From NCBI GenBank assembly GCA_965207895.1, contig CBDBNN010000003.1, forward strand, positions 1,111,268-1,175,267: 64,000 nt of DNA, written 5' to 3'. Below the pieces are notes generated by a model. That model was not told the DNA's origin. It made no database searches and was given only the letters and a program-made list of their open reading frames with translations. Shown piece after piece: positions 32,640-42,604 of this stretch; positions within the stretch are counted from its first letter, which is position 1, and every line of letters starts with the position of its first letter. The position numbers and the translations under genes are program-made. This stretch comes from Dehalococcoidia bacterium. Lineage in GTDB: Bacteria; Chloroflexota; Dehalococcoidia; UBA6926.

Positions 32640-33329
32640 TTAGTAGGCACGATAATGTTCTTCAACTCGCCCTGTGAACAGCATTGCTCCAATGACAATC
32701 AGCCAGACAAAGAAGATGATGCCCGTTAACTGGTGGACCGTGACGAACTCACGGACCCAGATGAGCTGCATTGCTGCGCCGAGTACTGCGGATATCGGCG
32801 CAACTATCCGCAGCCTCCCTCCGACTCTGTATTGATACGGCGACGCGGCAATTAGCGCCAGGCCGGCAGCCGAGAAGCCCGCGACCCCCGTAAGCCAACG
32901 AATGGTCGCGATGGTCTCGTTGAATGACCCGGCGGATTCATCGCCACCCGGCAGCGATACCGCCAGAACGATCGCAAGCAGGCCGGAAATGATGGTCAGC
33001 ATGCCCGAAATGCCAAAGATTGCGGGAACGACGGGTGTCGCGAGGCGTTCACGAATTATCCATGTTCGCGAGAGATACAAAGCGGCAACCGCGAGTGTGA
33101 CTCCGGATGCCAGCCGACCGGCTCCGCTCAATGCATACGGGAATCTACTGTCTGCGATTCCCTCAAGGGTTTCCTGCAGCGTCTCGCCATCGGCGTCTGC
33201 GGCCACGCGCCCGGCAACGGCAACCAACGTCGTTAGGGCCGTCAGTATCAGCAACAAGCCTGCAGCGCGCGCTGCTCTGTCAGGCTCTTGCCGGGCAGAA
33301 GATTCTCCACCGTTGGCGCTTTGTTGCAA
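32640..33329 (-). CDS. Membrane protein (DUF4386-like)
   Basis: About 6 hydrophobic helices; no diagnostic motif. Confidence 0.55.
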   Translation of the reverse strand: MQQSANGGESSARQEPDRAARAAGLLLILTALTTLVAVAGRVAADADGETLQETLEGIADSRFPYALSGAGRLASGVTLAVAALYLSRTWIIRERLATPVVPAIFGISGMLTIISGLLAIVLAVSLPGGDESAGSFNETIATIRWLTGVAGFSAAGLALIAASPYQYRVGGRLRIVAPISAVLGAAMQLIWVREFVTVHQLTGIIFFVWLIVIGAMLFTGRVEEHYRAY

Positions 33330-33561
33330 CTCGCCCTCCTTCGGTGACCAGTGGCTCGTTAGGCGACCCGGCGAAATATTAAGCTACCTTAATATTCTTG
33401 CAACGGACAACCTACGCTGTCCACTCAGGTCATCGTATGAAAGGAGCAACGCGCTCCTACTTCTCGTGCTGTACCATCAAATCGGAGCCATGCCTACTGA
33501 CACCGCCAAGCTGCGCGCTGCCATCCTGGAGCTGACGGCGAACGCTGCCGACTAAGAGTTG

Positions 33562-34251
33562 CTAAACCGGCCCGGAGACGCGGATATGCTGAGCCCACCG
33601 GGTGGGAATGGTGACGCTTTCCTCTCCAACCTTGAGTGTGAGGTGGCCGGCTCTGAGATCAAGCTCTTGAACAACCACCTCGTTACCGGGCGTAATCCCA
33701 TTGTCATGGACGAAGTGAAGCAGCTCGCTATCGTCTTCACCTTCCTCTGTGATGCGCCAGACGACAATCGTCTCGCCGACGCTGGTGTCAGTCATCTTGC
33801 GAGCGCCGAGGAGCCGCTGTTCATCAGCTGATCCGGGGAACGGGTTGCCGTGAGGGCAGGTCGTCGGATGCCCCAGGGACTCGTAGAGATGTTTCTCGAG
33901 TTTCGATGACAGTGTGTGCTCCATGTGCTCCGCTTCATCGTCTGCGTCCGCCCAGTCGTAACCCAGGCTATCCACGAGCAGTCTTTCAATGAGGTAGTGA
34001 CGGCGAATGATAGACTCGGCTATCTCTCTCCCTTCTGGCGTCAGCTGAATCCCTGTGTTCTGGTCGATGACAGCAAGGCCCTGCCGCTCCATCCTCTGAA
34101 ATGACTGAGTCACCGCTGATGCAGACACGCCCAATCGTTCAGCGAGACGTGAACCAACAACTCTCGATCCTTCCCGAACGGTGGTGTAGATGCGGATCAG
34201 GTATTCTCCCTGAACCGCGCTTGTACCCTGGGGCGATTCGTCTCTGGTCAT
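33562..34251 (-). CDS. DtxR/MntR family metal-dependent repressor with FeoA-like domain
   Basis: EYLIRIY, LAERLGVS, IIRRHYLIERLL, EHMEH, CPHGNPFP. Confidence 0.92.
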   Translation of the reverse strand: MTRDESPQGTSAVQGEYLIRIYTTVREGSRVVGSRLAERLGVSASAVTQSFQRMERQGLAVIDQNTGIQLTPEGREIAESIIRRHYLIERLLVDSLGYDWADADDEAEHMEHTLSSKLEKHLYESLGHPTTCPHGNPFPGSADEQRLLGARKMTDTSVGETIVVWRITEEGEDDSELLHFVHDNGITPGNEVVVQELDLRAGHLTLKVGEESVTIPTRWAQHIRVSGPV

Positions 34252-34446
34252 GTACCTGTAGTTCCTCCGGATTTCTGTTGCGTTTCATTGTACGACGGTC
34301 CGCCCACCGACGATCTTTCAGAACTGCTGTCGTAAGCTGATTGTTCCGAGAAGCCGGTCGTGTCCTCCCTGTGGCTGTGCTCATGAGAATGATCGATACG
34401 GCAAAAGGAGGAAAATCTTGTGGGCGAATCGAAAGAAATGTGAATC

Positions 34447-34477
34447 GGTATGGGCGATGCGGGTCAATACTGCGAAC
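34447..34477 (+). other. att-like half-site 2
   Basis: GGTATGGGCGATGCGGGTCAATACTGCGAAC, 28/31 identical to the site at 31811. Confidence 0.65.
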
Positions 34478-34707
34478 TGAGCGCGTGTTTGAGCTGGTCG
34501 TGTAGTAGCAAACGCTCTTCCAAGCGCGATCTTAGCCCGACGGACTTGCCGGTTTCTGCCAACAAGTTTGGCTGCTATGACGACAACCTGAGCCCATTGG
34601 TAAGGATTGCCCTCATATACTGAACAGACCGCGTCAGTTCTTAAGAAGCGCTGTGGCCCCGGCCCAGGCAAGATGGATTCGAAAGGATTGGCTAAACTGC
34701 GCAAGTT

Positions 34708-37700
34708 ATGGTGCATCCAAGAGTTGGCAGAACCGAGTTAAGCAAGCCTATAGGGATCGCGGTCCTAATCGGGCTTATCTTTTTGGCTCTTGTTGCCTGG
34801 GCTCATTTGTGGGATGGAGGTCCGCTGCACTCTGTGTTGGCGCAAGACGCGCAGCCCGTCATTCATTCGATAGAACCGGCGCCTCCCACCTGCCTCGTCT
34901 TGCGTTCCAATGCCTCTTCAGAAAGAACACTCATTATCAATGGGGTGGATCTAAATTCCATGTCGGATTCACGGCTTCAGATTCGAAGACGTTTGGATAC
35001 GAGAGACCCGTACTTCATCTTCGGGCCGGAGGTCAATTGGGAAAGCCCGAAGCGCATCACCCTTGATCTGGGACTGCTGACTGAAAACCTGGACCATTCT
35101 CCAGTGTTCTTTCTCCAGGTGCGCCTGTTGGATGAGGACGGGAGAGGACTCTCCAATTGGTCGGATTATTTCTTGCTCGCCAAAGACGAGGCTTCATGCG
35201 AAGCGGCGGTACCCCCACCGACCCCAACTCCTGCTCCGGGCACGCTCCCCGGCGCATATCCCGTAAGAGGAGTGTCTGGAGACCTGTGGGCAGATGTCGT
35301 TTTGGGAAAGCCGGATTTCGCGCAGATAGCCCCAAAGAGTGTCGTGCCATTCAAAGTGAACAATCCCGGGGGAGTTGTTGTTGACCGTTCGGTCGAGCCG
35401 GGCAGGGCCTACGTCTGGGACTCCGGCAACAACCGAATTCTTGGAATTGATCTTGGCGAATGCTATGCCGGCGATGGCGGTTGTCCTGCCACCATTGTCA
35501 TAGGGCAGCCGTCCGGTTACGACCACTCGGCTTGCAACGGAGACAGTGGAGTCCAGCGATTTCCGTACCGAGCGCAGGCCTCTGCTGAGACCTTGTGCGG
35601 CGTGCCGGATCACTCCCTCAGCCCGTGGGAGGCCTATTCCTTCGTGACGATGGAGGTAGACAATGATGGAGCTCTGTACGTTCCTGACTCCTTCAATCAC
35701 AGAGTCTTGAAGTATGAGAATCCCTTTGAGACTGACACACTAGCCGATGAAGTCTGGGGGCAGGATGATTTTTCCGGCATGGTGTGCAACCGAGGCAATC
35801 TCGAAAGACCTACGGCCGAGACTCTTTGCTTCCACTCCGACTCGGTTATCTTCACGCTGAATCGTTTCGGGTCCGGTGTGGAATTCGATGCAGATGGAAA
35901 CATGTGGGTAGCAGATACCGGCAACAACCGTGTTCTGCGATTTCCTACAGATCAAGCCACAGGAGAACCCGCCAAGACCGCGGACCTCGTGCTGGGTCAA
36001 TCAGCTTTCACAAGTGCAAGCCCGGGAAGCTTCCTAAGCGGGATGCATGCTCCTTCGTCCGTAACCTTTGATTCGGAGGGGAACTTGTATGTGGCGGATG
36101 CCGCCAACGACCGGATTCTATTATTTGAACCACCATTCGAATCCGGGCAGAGGGCGACAACCACGTTTGCCAGTGAACTCCATCATCCGACGTCCGTAGA
36201 GTTTGATCCATTTGGCCGCGGTATATGGGTTGTTGATGCAGGGAATTATATGGTCGAACTCTGGGACCCGACCGGAACCAATGTAGTTGCAGTTCTCGGA
36301 AAGCACTCATTCATGCCGGACAAAAGGTGTGGCCCGTCACTGGGTGGAGTTCCCGGAGGGGCGCAATTCTGCCGGCTCGGAGGGAGTGTTGGGATAGATA
36401 GTCAAGGAAATGTACTGGTTCCGGTCTATCACGATGTGGCCGAGGTCTTTCGATTCCCAACCAGTGGCGTGGAACACAATAGTGTGCAGGGGGTCGATCC
36501 TGCGGGTCGCCTCTTCTTCCCACCATCCGAAGACAACTTCAGAGACAGGTATGGAATTCATTCCCCGCGAGGTGTCGCAACATGGAGGGATCAGCTCATC
36601 GTCTCTGACACGAAGAGACTCATGTATTGGAACGGACTGAACACACTGAGCAACGGACGGCCCGCCGACGGCGTGCTTGGGGATACCTACGCGTTTGGGG
36701 AATGGCAGTATTGCTGCGGTCCGATCAATGTTGACGAGGCGGGCCGGCTGTGGGTGCTGTCATTCGAAGGCAGGAAATTCATTGACGTCTATCAACTGCC
36801 TCTGACTGAGTACTCCGTACCGCTTCATACCATTTGGAAGGAGTCGGTCTCATTCCCGGTACTGGGGACTAATGACCGGATTGTGCTGGGGGCACGCGTT
36901 TTTGGCGTTGCACCGGTAGGTAAAAGTGATCTTCTCTGGCTCAGCGATACGGACAATCATCGTGTCCTCCGTATTCGTAATCCACTGACAAATCCCGTGG
37001 TTGATGTGATTCTTGGTCAGAAGGATGCTGAAGGCACACTGTGCAATCAGGGTTGGACCGGGAGCCTCAGGCTGGACAGACTCTGTTACCCAGGCGGGCT
37101 GTCGATTGACAGGATGGGGAATCTATACGTCTCAGACCACGCCCTCGAAATCGAAGGCAATTTCCGCCTCCTAATTTTCATGGCGGGATCAACACCTACA
37201 GATAACCACCAAGCAGTTTTCGGGCCGCTGGCGACATCCGAGTTCAGGCGCTCTGCAGTGGGAAGACATAATGTATGGGCCGATCCCTGGGAACCAACTG
37301 CGGTTATTCAGAAACACACCAAGAGCCTTACAGCGGCAACGTGGGACCCCGCATTCGACAGCGCAAACCGTATGGTTGTGGGTTACAACGCCTATATTGG
37401 CCCCAGATTCGTGGGGGTCTATGAAGATCCTCTTGACGGACGAGAACTACCCGACTACTTCCTCAACGACTACGGGTCAATGAACTTCACAACAATCTTC
37501 GACGATAACGACAACCTCTATGTGGGAGACATCAATCGCGGCCGTGTACTCATGTACCTGAATCCCTTTGACAATCAGCAACAAGCGCCAATGGAAGTTT
37601 CGGAATCAAGTGAAAACGTTCCGAGCCCCGAATACCCCATACGGATTGAAGCGGTGGATCCGATCCCTCCTTTCTGCCTGGCTCGTCATTCCAACAACGT

Positions 37701-38310
37701 TTACGAGACCACACTGGAGTTGAAAGTCGACCAAGTTCCGGATCCTGCCTCGACACTGGAATTCCGTAAGGTGACATCGTTATTCCGGGAATTCATTGAC
37801 ATGAGAAACCCCTCGGTACAGATCGAGGATTCAGTCATCACTATCAAAGGAATGCGGTGGTGGAGGCGGTTCTGGCCCCACGTCGGCCGCGCGACGTTGA
37901 CTGTCAGGGTCCTTTCGGACGGCGAACCAATCTCCAATTGGTCTCCGGCATTCCTTGTGGCCGACAATGTTGGTGCCTGCGGCTTCGCGCTGCCCACACC
38001 TACTCCAACGCCCAAGCCAACGCCAACCAACACTCCGATCCCGTCGCCCACACCAACTGCCACTGCAACGGCAATTCCTACACCGACGCCAACCCTGACG
38101 CCGACCATCGTGTCGACTCCTACTCCCACTGAAATACCGGCTCCTTCACCCACAGTTCCACCGATATCCCCAACACCCGAGAGGGAAACCCTGGAGACGG
38201 ATGAGAGTGTCTCTGAGATGCCACTTTGGCCACTCATTTCGGCTATTGTCGCTGTGGTCGGTGTGACAGTCGCACTCGTCTACATCGTGAGGAGAAGGCG
38301 CATGACCTGA
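34708..38310 (+). CDS. Surface-anchored NHL-repeat (beta-propeller) protein
   Basis: Signal/TM; repeated YV.D..N.RVL NHL motifs; PT-rich stalk; C-terminal TM followed by RRRR. Confidence 0.85.
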   Translation: MVHPRVGRTELSKPIGIAVLIGLIFLALVAWAHLWDGGPLHSVLAQDAQPVIHSIEPAPPTCLVLRSNASSERTLIINGVDLNSMSDSRLQIRRRLDTRDPYFIFGPEVNWESPKRITLDLGLLTENLDHSPVFFLQVRLLDEDGRGLSNWSDYFLLAKDEASCEAAVPPPTPTPAPGTLPGAYPVRGVSGDLWADVVLGKPDFAQIAPKSVVPFKVNNPGGVVVDRSVEPGRAYVWDSGNNRILGIDLGECYAGDGGCPATIVIGQPSGYDHSACNGDSGVQRFPYRAQASAETLCGVPDHSLSPWEAYSFVTMEVDNDGALYVPDSFNHRVLKYENPFETDTLADEVWGQDDFSGMVCNRGNLERPTAETLCFHSDSVIFTLNRFGSGVEFDADGNMWVADTGNNRVLRFPTDQATGEPAKTADLVLGQSAFTSASPGSFLSGMHAPSSVTFDSEGNLYVADAANDRILLFEPPFESGQRATTTFASELHHPTSVEFDPFGRGIWVVDAGNYMVELWDPTGTNVVAVLGKHSFMPDKRCGPSLGGVPGGAQFCRLGGSVGIDSQGNVLVPVYHDVAEVFRFPTSGVEHNSVQGVDPAGRLFFPPSEDNFRDRYGIHSPRGVATWRDQLIVSDTKRLMYWNGLNTLSNGRPADGVLGDTYAFGEWQYCCGPINVDEAGRLWVLSFEGRKFIDVYQLPLTEYSVPLHTIWKESVSFPVLGTNDRIVLGARVFGVAPVGKSDLLWLSDTDNHRVLRIRNPLTNPVVDVILGQKDAEGTLCNQGWTGSLRLDRLCYPGGLSIDRMGNLYVSDHALEIEGNFRLLIFMAGSTPTDNHQAVFGPLATSEFRRSAVGRHNVWADPWEPTAVIQKHTKSLTAATWDPAFDSANRMVVGYNAYIGPRFVGVYEDPLDGRELPDYFLNDYGSMNFTTIFDDNDNLYVGDINRGRVLMYLNPFDNQQQAPMEVSESSENVPSPEYPIRIEAVDPIPPFCLARHSNNVYETTLELKVDQVPDPASTLEFRKVTSLFREFIDMRNPSVQIEDSVITIKGMRWWRRFWPHVGRATLTVRVLSDGEPISNWSPAFLVADNVGACGFALPTPTPTPKPTPTNTPIPSPTPTATATAIPTPTPTLTPTIVSTPTPTEIPAPSPTVPPISPTPERETLETDESVSEMPLWPLISAIVAVVGVTVALVYIVRRRRMT

Positions 38311-38421
38311 GCGACCTTCGTCTTTGGACGCATCTTCGTCTGAATTGTCTTTGGCCGCGTGGTATCCATGCTTATCGTGAGGTGATCAGGAGGCTCCAAC
38401 AGTGGATGTAGCGCAGGAATA

Positions 38422-38452
38422 GGCGTGGGCCAGAGCCTACCGAACTGCGAAC
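38422..38452 (+). other. att-like half-site 3
   Basis: GGCGTGGGCCAGAGCCTACCGAACTGCGAAC with the same spacing; the preceding ~100 bp also align with 31705-31810. Confidence 0.55.
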
Positions 38453-38646
38453 TTTTCGATGGGAAGTCCCAATATAGACGGGGGGTCCCTCAGCGACGGG
38501 CCTTGCCAAATCAGAGGTCGATCAAAATGGGGTACCCATCGAGAGCGAAGTTTAGCTCCTGATGGGACTTGCCATCTTGTGTTTGGCATTACTTCAGCTT
38601 ATAGTGTAAGGAGTCAGCTGCCTAGTGACGTGGAGGTGTTATTGCC

Positions 38647-38901
38647 ATGTTCGAATCTAGCATAACCATCAAGGGCCAGACAACGTTGCCCAAGGCCGTC
38701 AGAGACTCATTGGAGGTCAAGGCAGGAGATAAGGTGCGCTATGTCATCGTGGATGAGGGAGTGCTGATCATGCCGGTACGCCCCACCAGCCGGCTCTTCC
38801 GCAGCTTGAAGTATGACGGACCTCCCGTGAGCCTGGAAGAGATGGACAATGCCGCCGCAGAGGGAGCAATCGAAAGATGGAAGCAATCGACGCAAACGTA
38901 A
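38647..38901 (+). CDS. AbrB/MazE/SpoVT family antitoxin
   Basis: ITIKGQTTLPKAVRDSL. Confidence 0.88.
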   Translation: MFESSITIKGQTTLPKAVRDSLEVKAGDKVRYVIVDEGVLIMPVRPTSRLFRSLKYDGPPVSLEEMDNAAAEGAIERWKQSTQT

Positions 38902-39275
38902 TCCTGCGGTACCTCGTGGGTGATAACCCTGAACAGGAAACTGAGGCCCGCGCCCTGATGGATGGATTGACGCCTAGCAATCCGGGCTTCATCTGCCGGG
39001 AGGTCGTTATCGAGGTGGCCTGGGTACTAGAGCGGAGCTACCACTTCACGCGAGGTCGGGTCGCCGAGGCATTGATGGACTTGACGGCCTCGGACAGCCT
39101 CGTAGTGGAGAATTCGGATGATGTGGCTGCTGCCGCGCACCGCTACCGCCAGGGAGGCATTGGTCTGTCGGACCTCATGATCCTTTCGGCCGCTGAGCGG
39201 GAAGATGCCATTCCACTGCACACCTTCGACCGCAGGCTTGCCCGTATGGAAGGGGCAGTCCTAGTAGGGCACTGA
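38877..39275 (+). CDS. PIN domain (VapC-like) toxin
   Basis: IDANVILRYL, E..WVL, LSD.MI, TFDRRL. Confidence 0.9.
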   Translation: MEAIDANVILRYLVGDNPEQETEARALMDGLTPSNPGFICREVVIEVAWVLERSYHFTRGRVAEALMDLTASDSLVVENSDDVAAAAHRYRQGGIGLSDLMILSAAEREDAIPLHTFDRRLARMEGAVLVGH

Positions 39276-39396
39276 TCGGCAGGGGAATAGCCATGAAGGG
39301 CTTACAGACTCGAATCAGAGGGGACCGCCGGTCTGTATCGCGAGTTCTCGTTCGTTCCAATTGCTCCAAGCGTGCGGGGAATTGCCAGGAGCATTG

Positions 39397-42300
39397 ATGC
39401 CACGCCAGACAGAACCTAACGCCAACAACGCCTTGGGCAGCCTACTCCAAACCATGCTGCCCCGCAGCCAGGTATATTCCGAAAACACCCAGGCCATCTC
39501 CGGCCAGCCCGGTCTGCGCCCCGACATTATCGTAGCCGCATCTGGACGCTCGCCTATAGTTATCGAGGCCGAATATCTTCCCGCTCGCACCGTCGAACCG
39601 GAGGCCAAGTCCCGTCTCGGTTTGGAGGTGGCCACCAACGGGCGAATCATAGAAGCTGCAATTGCGCTTCGCTATCCAGATGCGATTGGTGAGACCCGTG
39701 ACCTGCCAGAAGCCCTGTCAGCTACCAGCCTCTCCTACTGTGTCTTTACCGAGGAGGCAGAGGGCATCAACCGATTCCCGGGGTCGGGTTGGCTGGATGG
39801 TTCCGTGGAGGACCTGGCTGACATGGTGAGGCTGGTGTCGGTCCCGCAGCGCGCCGTACACCAAGCTGCTGCCACGCTCGAAGAGGGCATCGAAGGGGCA
39901 GCAAAGCTCTTGGACGAACTCAACGAGACCCGCTCCGGCATGACCAATGACATATCCCGGCTATTGGGGATGTCCAATGTGCCCCAGACACGCCGCATGG
40001 CCTGCGCCATCATCGCCAACGCACTTGTATTTCACGAACGCATCGCGGGGATGCACATGCAGGTCAAACCTTTGGCCAAGGTCTGCGGGGACGGCGTACT
40101 CAATCCCCAAGGAGAGGTCTTAGCCGCTTGGGAGACGATCCTGAGCATCAACTATTGGGCCATCTTTGCAATTGCCAAGGACATCCTGGAGCAACTGGGC
40201 TCTGGCGATGCGGCCAGACTGCTGAGACGACTGAGAGACACCGCCCAGGCCGTCAACGCGACAGGCGTGGACAATGCCCATGACCTGACCGGCCGTGTCT
40301 TCCAAACGCTCATTGCCGACCGCAAGTATCTGGCCACCTTCTACACTCTGCCTGCATCTGCCGAGTTACTGGCGAGGCTGGCCGTCGCCAAGATGGAAGG
40401 CGTGGACTGGTCCAGCACCGAGGCCATTGGCAAGCTGCGCATCGGCGACTTCGCCTGCGGGACGGGAGCGCTGCTCTCGGCGGTCTACGAGCAGATCGCC
40501 GCCCGCCACGAGCGAGCCGGAGGCGACTCCGTTGCGTTGCACAAGGTCATGATGGAAGAGGTCCTCTACGGCTGCGACGTCATGCCCTCGGCGGTCCACA
40601 TCACCGGCGCCACCCTCTCCGGCGTCGAGCCGTCCGTTCTCTTCAACAAGTCTCGCCTTTACACCATGCCCTACGGCCGTATGAAAGACGGCAGCGTAGA
40701 GATTGGCTCCTTGGAACTTCTCCAATCCTCCAATGTGCTGACATTGTTCAACACCAGCGACCCGGCCATGCGTACGGGAAGCGCTGGGCAGGAGACGGCT
40801 GCTCAAATACGCGCCGAGTTTCCTGATGCGAGCTACGACCTCGTCATCATGAATCCACCATTCACTAGAGCCACGAACCACGAGGGCGCACACGCAGACA
40901 TCACCAATCCTGCCTTTGCGGCGTTCGATGCTACCCGTGAAGACCAGACGGCTATGGGCAAGAGAGCAAATGAACTCGCGGACGACACTTGCTATCACGG
41001 CAACGCAGGCATCGCTTCCGCTTTTGCGGCTCTGGGCCACAAGAAGCTCAAGCCCGGCGGCGTCCTGGCCCTGGTGCTCCCACTATCCATAGCAAACGGA
41101 CTGTCGTGGCGTCGCTTTAGGCGCATGGTTGAGCGAGACTATAACAGCGTTGCAGTGTTCAGCATTGCGGCAAACGGCTCGCAGATGTCCTTTTCGTCTG
41201 ATACAGGGATGGCGGAATGCTTGATAGTCGCACGTAAACGGAGGCCCTATGAAAGACGCGACTACCAAGCGCGTTTCGCGTCGCTCCAACACAGACCGCG
41301 GGGACTTGGGGACGCAAGTGCCCTCTCGACCAAGATTTCTCAGAGTGACGCCGTTCGAGGGATCGAGAGCGGACCATTCGGCGGAACTCGCTTGATGGTA
41401 GGAGGAGAATCTAGCGGGGAGATTGTGGCCATGCCCCATAGGGTGAGAGGGCGGAATTGGGGCGCGGTGCGACTTTCCGACTACTCCCTCGCCCAGACCG
41501 CATATGGCCTCTCTAGGGCCAGGCTTTGGCTCCCAGGCCAACCATCTTCCGTTCCGATTAGAACGACCTTGCTGGGCCGGGCCGGGCGCCTTGGTTTCGT
41601 AGATAGAGATATCACAGGGCCAGCCCCGCGCGGACCATTCGACAAGACTGACCCAAGCCCAACGGCCACTTACCCCGCCCTGTGGAACCACAACGCAAGT
41701 CAGGAGACGCGTATAGTCTGCATCCCGGACTCCCAATTGCTCGTCAGAAACGGCATGGAAGATAGGGCCAACAAGATCTGGGCTACCGCCAGCCGATCCC
41801 ACCTGAACCGTGACTTCACCTTCGGTTCACAGGCTCTCGCTGCGGCGTTTACGGATACGGAGTCCATTGGCGGAAGGGTGTGGCCCAACATCGTCTTCCC
41901 GGATAAGAGATTCGATTACGCTATGTCAGTGTGGGCCAACTCCACCCTGGGGTTGCTCTTGTACTGGTATCACGCCAGCCGCCAGCAATCGAGCAAGGCG
42001 AGCATGACCATCCGCTCCGCGTTAACTCTCCCGGTGCTGGATCTTCGCGCCCTCACCGAGGATCAATCACTGATGGCGGCAACGATTTTCGCAGAATTCC
42101 GAGACAAGGAACTCAAGCCGGCCTACCTCGCGGACGCCGATCCCAATCGCGCTCTCTTGGACCGGCGTGTCGTCTGTGACCTCTTGGGATTCGACGATGG
42201 CACCTATGAGGCTGTGCGCCGTCTGGCCGCAAAGTGGTGCGCCGAGCCGTCCGTACATGGCGGGAAGGCGCGCCCAAAGTCAGCTCGACTCATTGTTTGA
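39397..42300 (+). CDS. Single-polypeptide N6-adenine methyltransferase with N-terminal PD-(D/E)xK-like domain (type IIG-like R-M)
   Basis: DFACGTG (motif I), IMNPPF (motif IV), FYT; N-terminal RPDII...IVIEAE; C-terminal target-recognition-like region. Confidence 0.75.
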   Translation: MPRQTEPNANNALGSLLQTMLPRSQVYSENTQAISGQPGLRPDIIVAASGRSPIVIEAEYLPARTVEPEAKSRLGLEVATNGRIIEAAIALRYPDAIGETRDLPEALSATSLSYCVFTEEAEGINRFPGSGWLDGSVEDLADMVRLVSVPQRAVHQAAATLEEGIEGAAKLLDELNETRSGMTNDISRLLGMSNVPQTRRMACAIIANALVFHERIAGMHMQVKPLAKVCGDGVLNPQGEVLAAWETILSINYWAIFAIAKDILEQLGSGDAARLLRRLRDTAQAVNATGVDNAHDLTGRVFQTLIADRKYLATFYTLPASAELLARLAVAKMEGVDWSSTEAIGKLRIGDFACGTGALLSAVYEQIAARHERAGGDSVALHKVMMEEVLYGCDVMPSAVHITGATLSGVEPSVLFNKSRLYTMPYGRMKDGSVEIGSLELLQSSNVLTLFNTSDPAMRTGSAGQETAAQIRAEFPDASYDLVIMNPPFTRATNHEGAHADITNPAFAAFDATREDQTAMGKRANELADDTCYHGNAGIASAFAALGHKKLKPGGVLALVLPLSIANGLSWRRFRRMVERDYNSVAVFSIAANGSQMSFSSDTGMAECLIVARKRRPYERRDYQARFASLQHRPRGLGDASALSTKISQSDAVRGIESGPFGGTRLMVGGESSGEIVAMPHRVRGRNWGAVRLSDYSLAQTAYGLSRARLWLPGQPSSVPIRTTLLGRAGRLGFVDRDITGPAPRGPFDKTDPSPTATYPALWNHNASQETRIVCIPDSQLLVRNGMEDRANKIWATASRSHLNRDFTFGSQALAAAFTDTESIGGRVWPNIVFPDKRFDYAMSVWANSTLGLLLYWYHASRQQSSKASMTIRSALTLPVLDLRALTEDQSLMAATIFAEFRDKELKPAYLADADPNRALLDRRVVCDLLGFDDGTYEAVRRLAAKWCAEPSVHGGKARPKSARLIV

Positions 42301-42604
42301 CAGCCTCAGCACAAGGATCCAACACGTTGCGGTTGAAGTGTGATGTAGCTGCAATGATGAGGAAGGAGAAGGCAGTGGCTAGATTGGAAGGCCCGGACAA
42401 ACGACACTTTGAAATCGTTCCCCACCCAGCCATCAGGGGGCAGCACGTTCTGGGGGAGTTCGTCGCCAGCCTCAGCGCTGGAGGCAGCTACGTCCTTCGC
42501 AGATACTGGACATTTGAAGAGGTCTATGAAGCTCTAGAGGGCTTCAGGCAACTATAGGTTGGTTTTTGCTGCTGTATGGGTCCGATAGAAGGTAGAAGCA
42601 GAGG

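Noticed and set aside
42234-42557. Small ORF after the R-M gene
   Set aside because: Overlaps the upstream gene and has no recognisable motif; may be a fragment but cannot be supported.
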